Shown in pieces: positions 10,217 through 22,300 of a stretch of 64,000 nt of DNA. Both the position numbers and the translations under genes were made by a program. Within the stretch, counting starts at the first letter, position 1. Every line of letters begins with the position of its first letter. This DNA comes from Stylophora pistillata. Its lineage: Eukaryota. The stretch lies in contig NW_019217793.1 in NCBI RefSeq assembly GCF_002571385.2, positions 947,984 to 1,011,983 on the forward strand, in the 5' to 3' direction. A model generated the notes under the pieces. The model worked only from the letters and a program-made list of their open reading frames with translations, ran no database searches and had not been told where the DNA came from.

Positions 10217-13200
10217 ATTTGGTACACCCCCTAAAAATTTTCAAAAATCAATTCTCTCCTTTAAATCTTTGGAAATAGGAAAGTGCCTTCGACGAAAATA
10301 GAGTTCCACGGTTTTAAAGGTCAGCCCTCATCATTTTCCGCTAATTTCGCTAAATTTTAGACCTAGGTCACTTGAGCCCGCGTTGTTGACCGCATACCCG
10401 CTGAAGTAGCATTTCATTATTCAGCTCTGTCAGCTAGACTTTAAGAAACCAACCGACAATAGACGATACAGATTAAGGGTCTGGCGTTGAGGAGCAAATC
10501 CACCTACCAGGCCCCAGGGAATTAATCAGCCAAAAGATAGGGAACAGACCTACAGTAGCTTAGTTCGCTGAAGTCCTATAGTAGTTTAATAACGTCTCAA
10601 GCTGTTTTGCTGAAGTCCTGAGTTAATTCGCGAACAACTTATTTTAGTACGCTAACAATTCATGTAAGCTTTAATCGCTTCCAGATTAGGTTCGCAGGCT
10701 AACAACTCAAGTTTGGTGAGTTCACCCATAACTCAGGTTGGTACAATAACATGTTAGGTTGCTCACAGGTTGCTTATAGAATAAGTGAATTCGTTGACAA
10801 CCTAGCACGGTTAGTTGGTTAGCAACTTAATTTGGTTTTCAGGCGAGTTCGGTTGGTTCGTTATCATCCAAGGTTTGTTTGTTTACCTGGATGAGTTCCT
10901 TGCAACTCAGGTATGTTCGCTAACAATTTGGGTGAGCAGAGTTCGTCAACAACTTGAGTGAGTTCGCTACCGGGAACTTAAGGAGGAAGAGATTTCAAAA
11001 TTATGGGGGGAGGATAGCCCAGATTCTCAACAAACTCGCGCCCCTAGCCCTCGTTTTCAAGCCTTCCCAGTTGAAAAGAAACTTTGCCGTCCCTGTCGCT
11101 AACATTTCGGGTGAGGTTTCAGCGACCTGGGTTAGTAACAAGTGCGTGTTTAGTAGAGACTATTAGATTTTAAAATTGAACCAAAGATAACAGTGAACAA
11201 AACAGCAATTGCAAAACTGCATGAACTGGAACAAAATAACAAGAATTTCATTACACAACATACCAATTGAAACTAACCTTAGGGTATCTGTTTCAGAAAG
11301 GAAGGTTACTGCAGTGCCACTACTCAGTGCCTTTTTCCATACTTTCAGTGCCACGTCCACGGACTTCCCTTCCTCTTGCAGCTTTAAGGTTCCTCGATAA
11401 ACGGTAGCAAAAGCACCATTTCCAAGAGACGATTCTCGGTCGTCTTTCCATTCCAAATCCTCACAACTGATGTCCATGGTACTTACTTCTTTGATGCCAA
11501 AGTCAGCCATCCCCCTTCTTAAATCTGAAGTTTTCAAGTATGAATCTTTAGCATCTTGCAGTAATCGTTTTTGCTGAAGCAAGAGTTTATCACTTTTTAA
11601 CTGTTCTTCAACGAGGGAAATGACTTGTTGTCTGTCAGCCATCTTTGTGAGATATTCTTGAGAGACTTTTGCCATGAATTTACATTTGTCTTTCTTGTAC
11701 TCTTTTGTTTTACTCCGATTATCTAGCTTTTCTTTGGCGGCCATTGTTCCAATTACCGGAGCACTGACTAGAAGAGCAACGATGGCGACGGGAGCCCAAA
11801 TGGGACTTGTGACTCCCATAACCGCTGTTTCTGTCACGCTTAAACTGAAACTTCTTGAAGTCTGTGGACCACTTGATGATGAGTTGGCTCCACTATCTGC
11901 TTTAGGGGAGCTCTGCACAACTTTACTCTTTTTCTCGACGCAGCTGAAATACTGGAGCAAGTTCTGTGTCAGTAAAGTGCGAGATTCTGAGAAAACATGG
12001 GTTTGTTTCTCCCATTCCTCGATCTTCTCCTGAAGTCGTTTCGCTAATGCAGTTTGAATGTTTACCTCTGTCACCGCCCAATCACCCCCGACGTCTGGAA
12101 CATTGTCTAATGACCACGAAGTAAAGTATTGTAGAAGTTCTGGTGAGTTAAGAAGTTTGGACAATTCCCGGGCAGCCACATCTTTGACTGTCGTGTTATT
12201 TAGACACTCCTGCAGCTCTTTGTCTACTGCACACTGCTGACTTTCGTTAAGACGATCCATTTCAGTCACAGCCTTCTTCACCTTTAATAATTCTGCTTTA
12301 GTGCGATAGACCAGACGTGAAAGAAGGTGGTAAAGCCATCTGAAAAAGAGTACATTGCATGTTAGCAAGAACAGCAGAAATTCAACAGAGCCTGCAACTA
12401 CAAATTAATTGCGTGAATCATCTTTTGACCCGTGGATCAATTAACAAATAACCAACTCGAAATGATTCTCCCAGATGTACAGCAATTTGTTGAACTGCAG
12501 TCCAACTGACAGGATCATTTCGTCCGAGATATTATTTGCTTTACTATTTACATCAACAGGGGACGGGAAATCCATTAAAATTTACCTCGCCTTAACAGGT
12601 GGCTTCGTTACTCAGTTTGTAGCGACCGAAATACAGGTTCGAACCTCATGGAAGGATAAATTTTACTAAAGCCTTTTTTCCTGCAATTTCTTCAACAGCA
12701 AATTCTACAATCGGATTAGTATTTGGAGTGGGCGGAAATTTCGAAAGGCTTGTTGGGTTTGGACCCCAAATGAACATTCGGAAAAGCCTTAAGTCAATCT
12801 TGTTGTTCAGATTTTAACAGTCTAATACAACTTACCTCCATTGCTTCTCTAAGTTTATTTCAATGCTTTTCAAAACCATGGAAGAAATATCATTCATCAG
12901 TGAAGCGGACGTAACATCATCAGAAGCTTCTCTAGGGATCTGGGCGTTGCTGTTACTACTTGATGAAATGCAAACGATTTGTGACTTTGGGTCCTCACTG
13001 GGCCAGCGCTCTGTGAGATGCTTGACGATGCAACTCTTAATCTTATCAGCCTCGTGTGGCAGTACTTGATCCCATTTACTTAAAACCAGAAGAGGACAAG
13101 TTGGCAACGATTTCATTTGTTGGTCCAGAAATACAATGACCTGTTCGGTGTGCTCCACGTATTTTTCTACCTAATTACAGACAGTAAAAAGAAACATGAG

Positions 13201-14414
13201 TTGTTACTTCAGATGAACCTTAAGCAATGGACACCTTCATATGATGGACACCCTTTTGTCCTGGAGGACGGTCCACTCAGTCACTCTTATTTTGAACTCT
13301 TTACAATGACCGTGACCACCTCTCCTAATTGTCAACAGCCATTGAGGTGCGACCAAGCGGTCGAAAGTATCTTCTCGACAACAACCATTAAATCACCAAC
13401 TGAGAATCAGTGTATTGCACTATAATATTTCTAAACGTCCACTGAGGCCCAAAGTCGCCTTGCAGATTTGATCACACAACCGCACACATGCCTCCTGGGT
13501 CACATGACCCAAGTTACCGCGTTGCACAACTCCAGGATATCGCGCAAAAACTACATGCACGGTGCAGAAAATAATTTTATAAGCTTTTCACCATCCTCAC
13601 TTCCTTAAAACAGCTAAACCTTTTAACAAAAAATAATCATACTTTCCGCTTCCCTCAAGGTGGACACTACGGGGAAGTTCGACTACATGTGAGATTTCAC
13701 CTGGTTTTTTTGTTTTGTTTGTTTTTTACTTTTTTAATATTATAGGCTTTTATTTCTGCTAATAGACCGTACAAATTACCTTGTCTCGATGTATTCCCTC
13801 GCCATTTATACCATTGATGATGCAGATGAATGCGGAGGCCTCCAAAAGGTATGCCTTTGCCTTGTCATTTATGGAGGGGGATTCATAAGTGCCCACGATG
13901 TCAACTATAACAACCCCTTCCTGAAAAAGATAATATCAGAATAAACACATAAACGATATCTAGTCAATCGATGTCAATCCCAAATATTTTTTCATTTAAA
14001 GGCTCGACACAAAGGGAATTAAAGAAACAACGTCGACGACGTGTCTGTATGCATTTGAAGCTTCCTCGTCAACTTTTGGGGATTACATAGATAGAAAAAA
14101 AATGGCTGGATGGATGGAGGAATCGAAGAAGGGAGTGATGAATAAATGCAGCAATGATCCGGTTTCGCAGTTCTTCCCCTCTTCAAGGCAAGACCGATCG
14201 CAGAGAGGTGCAGAGAAGTACCACTCTTGTAATTATTCGAGCTCCAAAACCACCATCGAACGTCTACTACCTAGTCTACCCGTATTTCCTCGAATAAGCA
14301 ACCCAGCTCCGATAAACCTCTCCCCCCGAACGGTTATTTTCACAGGCATGCTATGGCTTAGACTGGGCACTACATAATTATGTGACTTGGAAAAACTTTA
14401 GGGTCGGAACACAA

Positions 14415-14630
14415 TAGTCCCTTTTACAGTTGTGGGTTTGGTGGCCAAGCCTTTGAACAGGAGTGAGGCTAAGGGTGACCCTGTTGTGATAGAGACCTGT
14501 ATCTAGTTAGCATGATAACAAAGTAATTTGCATTTGAAAAGCAGCAACATCTCTATCATAACAAGGTCACCCTAAGCCTCACTCCTGTTCAAAGGCTTGG
14601 ACATCAAGCCCACAATTGTAAAAAGGACTA
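14415..14630. mobile_element. MITE (~215 bp, ~85-bp TIRs, TA ends)
   Basis: TAGTCCCTTTTACAGTTGTGGG...GCCTTTGAACAGGAGTGAGGCT is mirrored by AGCCTCACTCCTGTTCAAAGGC...CCCACAATTGTAAAAAGGACTA. It sits ~25 bp from the exon donor at 14655. Confidence 0.85.
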
Positions 14631-17600
14631 TTAAAGTTCCTTCATATCACCAACCTTCAGTTGGGGCAAAATTAGTTCGATCTTGTCGTAAAGTAGATCC
14701 TTCGAACTCTCTTCACCGACATCTCCGAAAATAGTGGAGAGGAGCTGTTGCAAACAGCTTCGTTGCAGAGTCTCAAGTGACTCACTCTCTAAGAGAGTTA
14801 CCGAGACAACTTCTGCTCCAGAATGTTTGTGCGCTACAAGCCTGGGTGCAGTTCCATATTTTAGTTCGAGGATAGTGGACGAGGTGCTGACTACGAAAGG
14901 AGGAAAAAGTTCTTCTTCGATGATCAGATTTAGTAAGTTTCTCTTTTCCAAACATCTCTCACCTACAAACAGACACAAAATACTAAGTCCCGTAACCATT
15001 CGAGTCTAAGACATTTCCTACCTCACACTTAGGCTATTAATGGAAGAATGGCATAACTTTAGTCAAGCTGATTCGTATTACGAACCGGTTCGATTCGGTC
15101 TGATTACTCTGCTGGAGAGTTTTTAGTTTTTATGATGAGTCGAAGCAAAATAATGTTCTAAGTTGAAGTCTAAACCTCGTAGATTCTTCCCCGGATCCTT
15201 CCTTATGCATTTCAGTAGCTAAGCAACTGCTCACCCACCTTTCCCTAACCCAACAACAGTCCACTAATAGCAAGTTAAGGTTCAGTAATGTTGGTTAGGG
15301 GTGGGGTAAGGTGCGCAGTTGCTCATTTTATGAACTGGCATTAATCTCTCTTCGTTCCTTAATTTGAATGTCTTTTGATTTCTGATTGCTTGCTTGCTGA
15401 TTCAAATTGAATTTGTCGCAAACATGTGTCAGTAGATATTTACAGGTGGACTTGTGGGAGGGTCTCAATGGGGGGCGATGACTTTCAAGGCTGACGGTTA
15501 AATATTTTGGCCATTTTACGGCTAACGAATTACTTCCTTCTTTTGTGATTGAAAGAAAAATAGTTTACGCTTAATTTTTTTACGACTGACGATTAAAATT
15601 GGTAAATTTTTACGCCTAACGGCTATTTTTGTGGCCGTTTTAGGGATGACGGTTGTGACGATATTGCATTGTCTTAGCGTCCAATCAGATTTCAGTATTT
15701 ACACGTGCGCGCCAACTTGTTTTCGTCTCTCTCTGGTTTTCCTCCCCATGGCCGCTTGTAAGTCGTTTGTGAGTTCACAATGTTCTAATTAAACGAGTTG
15801 AAGTGGTGAGAACGTGAGCCAATTCTTTATAACGGTAAACCCTGTTGAGCCCTCTTGTAGCGAATTTTAGCGATGAGTTCAGTTTCCAATCCAGTCGTAA
15901 AGTGAAAATTGAAAATTACAACAAATTACTAATAACCTAGGTTAGGTATAATCTTCCGGTCAATAAACTTCCGGTAAATGACTGGAGCAAGTAATATTGT
16001 ACGGTAAAATTAACAACAGAGGAAGTATAAACAGGAAACCATTGACAATTTGGTATTTTGTCTATCGATCACAAACCTGCCACGAGCACAGTGTATTCTT
16101 CCTTCTTTAGATTCCGTTTGTGGAAAGCGATTTTGGTTTTGAGATCTCCGATGTCCTGTTCCAAAAGGGCACGAACCTTGTCATCCATAAAGTTTAAACA
16201 ATCCTCCGTACTCTCGTAATATTTGTACAGCTCCGCTTGTTTTCTTTTGATTTCCTTCTTGGCCTCGGATAACATAGAACACGCCTGGAAAACGCAAGAG
16301 AATAAGATTTACGCGTTCTTACACTGATTGGTATGATCATCTGCAGTGAAAGATAAACCTTCGTCAGAGAGAATCATTGGCTGACATTCGAAACTTCACC
16401 TTTGGAATCTTTCTACGGTGTTGTTTACGTCTACTCAAAATGCCAGAGTCTACCGCTCTCGATTAGGCTTGATCATGCAGCTACCGTGGAAGGCACTCCA
16501 GCGATTATCATTGAGTGCCAGAGAGAACGGAGATCTGTCGAAATCGACAGCTGAATTTAATATTATGGTGGCAGTTGATAAAACCAAATTATCATACATG
16601 GATTTATACAGTTACTAAGTCACGAAATAATCAGTTATCTAAAAGGAAAACCACCGCTCTAGTGCTAACGCGCACTGTCATAACACATTGTAATGATTTT
16701 GTCTAATAATTTATTTTAGAAAAGCTCCCGTCTCAACAAGCACAATTTAATGCTTTTCCTGGGTCTGGGTCATCGGGTGACGTTCGCCCTGCATTCACGG
16801 AAATTAGCCGAATGAGCTTTTCCGAGAACTATCCGATCACTGTCTCTTAGTATATTTTTCCAACTTTGACGTAGTGTTCATATTTCTTATGGAGTTTTCA
16901 AAGAAACTAAGGAATTGGAAACAAACGATCAACTTCCCTACTGCATTTGCGAATAATTTTTGAATGAAGGCGATTAAAGTTCTACTTGGTGTTCATTTAT
17001 AACTTGCACATTAGACTGTCTTGGGATGTGATTTATCAAAATTCACGATACATTTAAGAATTTAAGTCAGCAGAACTATATAAAGCTCTTTTTTTCAACG
17101 ATTACCTCGAGATTTTACTGTATTTACGTGAAATTTTAAGTTAATCGTAAAATAGCCAAATTAAAGGTAAAGATATGCTAGCTGCACCCACGGTTACCCA
17201 GCTACAATGACAGTGTCCCAGTGTCGGTTTAAAGTTCGAACTATGTTTGGACTGGTCGCCCATCCAATTAATCAAATTATTACTTAAAGAAAAACCTATC
17301 TCGTAATACACTTCCATTGATCCATAAACATTTACTGTAATTATGCTTACACAATGAAGGAAAACGTTCTGTAAAACATACGAGATGATCGAAATCAATC
17401 AGCTCCCGCTAAATTTGATACTTCCGCCACAAAATTGATAATCTCGTCTCCAAAATTGCTGCACGAGGAATATTTGTCATGTTTACTTCTTATGTCACGC
17501 AGCTGGAAGATTTCATAGGAACATCTAACTGCCATTTGTTTCCTCTTCGACTTACCATTTTGTTCCGTACTCGTACTTCCTATGGTCAAACCATACACCA

Positions 17601-17897
17601 CCCGGCGTTGCCTAGATTCGTCGGATAATGTTCGCTGCTGCTGTCTCTTCAATGTTTCTCGACGTGCTTATGTGGAAACGGGAATTATGTAAACTACATT
17701 TAAAAGAGAATTAAAACGAGCCCGAGGACCGGGATAGTCTGGAGTAGCTTGCACTATTCACTATGCTCCATTTGCAGATGACCGGCGCTGGGCTGTCACC
17801 ACAGTCACGTTGTTGGAGTCCTTAATCTTCTTCTTCTTTGACCTTTAAGACATCCGCTGAACGCAATGAATGCAGGTACAAACCATCCTTACTCGCT

Positions 17898-18141
17898 CAG
17901 GGCCGAGCTTTTCAAAGGTGGGTCAAGATAACCCAGGGTTAGCGTGTAATTTGACTTCAGAGCTGAAAGCTTTACAAGAAAATTCAGTTTAATTCCATTT
18001 GTCTACAATTTGATGATTGAACGCTCTCAAAAGAATTGGGAAAATTATCCCAAAACGGCTTTTGAACAGAGAAATATAGAAACCTGGATTAAAATTTAAC
18101 CCTGGGTTAGCGCCAATCGGCCTTCGAGCAACTGGACCCTG
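17898..18141. mobile_element. MITE
   Basis: Imperfect TIRs CAGGGCCGAGCTT / AACTGGACCCTG with internal palindromes TAACCCAGGGTTA and TAACCCTGGGTTA. Confidence 0.7.
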
Positions 18142-19314
18142 CAGTTCTTTAGGCACCAGAAGAGAAAACAAGCGAATAAAATATATTTGCTCGGACGGAC
18201 ATCTCTTCGCAACGAGAAGCCTTTTCGGAGAAAAATGCATACTTCGGGGAACAGCGAATGTCCATGGACAAATTTTCAAGCTCAAAGAAAGGTTATCGTG
18301 TTTATCAATCTTCAGATACATGTATAATTTTTTTTTTCAGCGTGTTGAACAAAGCTTTTATAAACAGCATACCGTCGAAAACGGTGTTGACTTTTCAGCG
18401 AGATTTTATGAACAAACCAAACTGCCTCCTCTTCCCCTTTATCTTTGATTTGTCTGATGGTAGCGAACACTCTTCCTGCTTGAACAAAATTTAACAGGAA
18501 GACCCTTGTCACATTGAAAATTGGGACTGGAAAATTGTGGAATATCATTTAGGGAATATCAGCGGATGTCACGAACTTTTAACCAAGGCATATTTAGTTA
18601 TGTGACTCGTTTAAACCCATCGCAAGCGGGCGAGCTAAAATATTTGATGGACTCAGAATACAAAATATACGACAAATTCAAACAGAAACTTAGTTCATCA
18701 CAACCTCATTTCAAGCTAATTTTTCTCCGTTTTCTGGTTTAATTTGGGTTTCGCCGTTTCACTTCCAGTGGCAAGGATCTGTTGTTGCAACCTTTTGCCG
18801 TTGTTATAATTACGACACTTTCACAAGAAATTCTTAAAGACCAACAGGATTAAACAGTCACATGGAAACGGCACAATACAGCACACAAACAAATTCAGTT
18901 GCTTTAGTTCCTTCAGTTCTTTTCCTATTACATTAAAAAATGTAAAATTATATATGCCACAAAAAGTCAGTTCCGAAAGATGTGAGCGAATAGAGGGTCG
19001 ATTTCAACGCGTTTCTTCGAAGGGACCTGAAATCGAGGTACTGTGGGCGTTATGTTGGGAAGACGACGTGTGAGCGCATCGATGACCCTTACGAACGCTT
19101 TTTACCAAAGAAAAAGGGTTGGAACATTCCCTAGATCCTCCTCGTACACTGTCAGTGGAACGTGCAGTGGTAAGTTTGACGTATTCTCGGAACAATTAAC
19201 TGCGACAATAGTCACTCATCGAATGAGACGTCTTCTATAGCTCTTAAAGGTTCTGTTCTTGACCAAGAGTTGTAAGGAAAATGTCATAGAGGCCAATATT
19301 AATAAGAGCAGCCG

Positions 19315-22300
19315 TCACACTGTCCACTTTAGGCATCTTGTGTCCTGGTGTGTTCCCAGACACTTGACACAACAGTATCTCGATCCGCAAGACACACAGG
19401 TGTAGTTTGAGGGAAATGTGAAGAATAGTCAAGGATCCATATATCTTTTACTGAAAAGTTTTATTTGCCTCAGCACCCCCCCCCCTAATGATGGCAAGAA
19501 CCCGAACGGCTGATCTTGTTGTCAGAACAACGAAAAAAAAGTTATAAAGGTGCAAATTTTGTGAGCTACTTTGAAGAAAAAAAACGAGTCTAATTAAATA
19601 ACATCTCACCATCTTTTATTGTTTGTAACTTAAAAGTCCAGGGTATTAACCAATCCACATTTTTTCATCCCTTTCCAAAGTGCTTGAAGTAACTAACTGT
19701 CTAAGTCTCCATTGTAGTCATAAGTTGGGCTTGTTGCAAAACATGATGATAATGGGGGGATCATGTAGTTTGATGAGCCCATATCGTGGATACAAAAGAA
19801 TTAAAGGTATGAGAAAGTTTGGACAAGTGGCCTTCAAGGTGCTCGAGCTCATCCTTGTTTCCAAAGGATGAAGCCACTTGGAGTATTGCTACCCCCAGTG
19901 GATGGGATGCCACTTTATCACAGGTTATCCCCCTGCATTTTTTCAGGCTCCCTGGAGAGAGGCACTGTGAGAGAAAAGTGCTTGCCGAAGAATACAACAA
20001 AGTCACCTAACCAGGTCTTAAACCCAGACCTCAGTCAGCTCGATAGCCATTGGGCCACAGAATCCTCCACTGTTTCTGAATTACTGACAGGAAGTTATAG
20101 TTTCAATGGGGCTTTCATTCAAGAAGGATATGATAAATTTCAATTGGATCGTTTCTGTCTGGTTGCACACAACGATAAAGGTCCAGTAATACAGGCAACA
20201 TTTTTCTTCAACTTGTCTTGCAACATTGTTGCATTGCAAGTTGAAACCCTTTGTTGAAAATTTGTTGCAGAAAGTAGAACTCGAGTCTACTTTGAGCAAG
20301 ACGTTGCCTCAACTTGCAACACTATATTTTGTTGTGAGACAAGTTGGTCATGAACGTGGTAATACGACCAACAAAGGGCTTCAACTTGCAATGCAACAAT
20401 GTTGCAAGACAAGTTGAAGAAAAATGTTGCCCGTATTACCGGACCTTAATGCTGAAGATAAGAATACCGTATTTCCCTGAATAACCACCCGAGCTCTAAT
20501 AAATGCCTTCCCCCAAATAAGTGCCCATCCCCCTAAGCCATAATGTGAAACAACTGAGTGTGCACAACTTCTCCTTCACTTTTTCAAATGGTGGGGATAC
20601 AAGGAAAACCTGTTCCTACCGCCATCTTATTCATAACTTTTTAAGCTTCATCTACAGCAGAATCGCCACAGGAGAAAAATTAGCATCTTGTGTGATTAAA
20701 CACTCTCCTTCCAAGAAGTGCCCCCCTTTTATCCAAAATTTTTATTCAGTGCTCAGGCTTTTATTTGAGGAAATATAGTATATCAAAAAAGGTACAAAAC
20801 GACATGTGACAATTTTAAAAAAGGATATCCACACACAGCACAGAAGTGTCTCTCTGGGAATTTTGAGGGAGGTACCTTGGCTGAGGTATAGGATGGTTCA
20901 CCAGCTTCTGCTTCTTGTTGCTGCCAAAAAAATACAAACAAACAAGCTAGCAAGTGACAAAAGTAAACAATACTGACATAACAGCAAATAACTTAAGAAC
21001 CCTTTGACCCTAGAGAGTGACTAGAATTTCATTTCTCTTTACAATATCACCCCTGACTCACACATTAAGGTCACACAGAATATATCTTATTAGATGTTTT
21101 GCTGTGTAGTATTGCTAAGTATGTTTATGAGTTGTGCTGTATTTTGATGAGCTCAAAGGGTGAGTCAAGATACAAATAACAAGTAAAAATAATCAGCGAC
21201 ATGAAACACCAAAATGTGTAATAAATTAGTTATCATCCACCATACCAAGTTGTTATTTCAGTGCAAGTGAATTTCGCAGATAGTTATTTACAAAGAGTGT
21301 GTCACAGAAGTACGTGAAATGGAACAGGGTTTGCGTTTTGTCATGTTGCTGTTTCTATATTTATTTTCTTCACTAAGTGATGAAATTTCATTTTCCCTCC
21401 TTTTCTCGTTTGATTTATTCTCCAGCCATTCCAACTCAAAAAATTTAAATTGCCCCCCATTTTATTTTGTAACTTTAATCCTAATCGTCACTTGTGCAAT
21501 ATAAGAAAAGCTGTCTAACTGGTTCTCTGAAGTACAAATACCGTGTGATATTTGTACTAAATAAGCTCTTGGTTGTTGAAAAAATTTTCCTTGTCAGCAG
21601 CTAAGAAAGCATAAATAGAGAAAAGTATGGAGAATATGCATACTGATGTTCAGGTGTTGAGGGTTACCAAAACATTTACAAACTAGAGACAAGAAAGACA
21701 TGGACATGACATTTACATGCTGTCTGAGTAGAATAAGATAATAATTACAGTTATGGTGCTTAATCCCTTTCGTTAACCTTATTCTAACTACTGACATCAA
21801 AATTGTTACAAAAAAACTCACTGCCTCCTCCAAAAGCATGACAAATGTTCTCCGAAATCTCTGAGGGAGTAAAAAAAATATAAATAAAAAAAAAACACAA
21901 ACTATCATAAACCAGGACTTAACATTTTGAACACACTCAATTATTGTACATCATCAACTCAACTTTAATTTTTTTACTTCAAAAGTTCACTTTTTTCCAG
22001 GAAGCATGCCCACATACCCCCCTTCCACCACCCAGGAAGGTGATGCCCGGGGTGTCACAATTGAAGGCTGTGTAGTCCAAAATCTCACTATTTGTCACCA
22101 AATCAACTTGGGAGCACTGCTCATGTACATACATGCACTGCTGTTCCAGCAGAAAAGGAAATCATTTGAGGCTTTGCCTCCCCTCTCAATACCAAGCATT
22201 TCATTGAATTTCTTAAGAGCTTGATGAGTGAGAAAGTTAACTCCATTACCCACACAAAACAGTACCATAGTCTTAAATGCATACAGACCTGTTTAAACAA

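Larger units (their letters stand above)
7276..11169 (+). mobile_element. Decayed env-bearing LTR retroelement fragment inserted antisense in the last-but-one intron of paralog B
   Basis: Contains a Cys-rich env-like ORF with a TM segment, a second ORF, polypurine tract AGGCGGGGAGGAA (9058-9070), LTR from 9071, PBS-like TGG at 10220 and a ~900-bp leader. ATTAGATT occurs at both apparent junctions (7276-7283, 11162-11169). Confidence 0.7.
6026..16284 (-). pseudogene. DSTYK-like dynamin-like domain + TKL protein kinase, paralog B; in-frame premature stop in the kinase domain
   Basis: Exons 16284-16077, 14962-14655, 13920-13780, 13170-12836, 12339-11278, 7159-6889 and 6454-6026 are all GT-AG and phase-consistent (2754 nt). 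N-terminal motifs: VLVAG-ERCLEKR (degenerate G1), VIVDIVG (G3-like), LSKWD (G4-like). Kinase motifs: LGNGAFATVYRG, VALK, HRDLKLEN, DVG, GTPHYMAPE, DIYSFG, CW..RP. TAG at 7062-7060 (MELCK*NLMKH). An upstream first exon was not located; there is an ATG at 16275. Confidence 0.8.
19418..20828 (-). other. U12-type (minor spliceosome) AT-AC intron in ZNHIT1
   Basis: 5' splice site GG|ATATCCTTTT at 20828. Branch site TCCTTGAC at 19435-19428. 3' end TTCAC|A at 19418. Splicing restores the CAVCG-FPS zinc finger in frame. Confidence 0.93.

Noticed and set aside
11209-14999. Plus-strand ORFs at 11209, 11674, 12058, 12863 and 14734 (also 1914, 3114, 6052, 6959)
   Set aside because: Antisense shadows of the real minus-strand kinase-gene exons.
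17395-17652. Minus-strand 85-aa ORF as the missing first exon of paralog B
   Set aside because: No similarity to exon 1 of paralog A and no convincing in-phase donor. The first exon remains unidentified.
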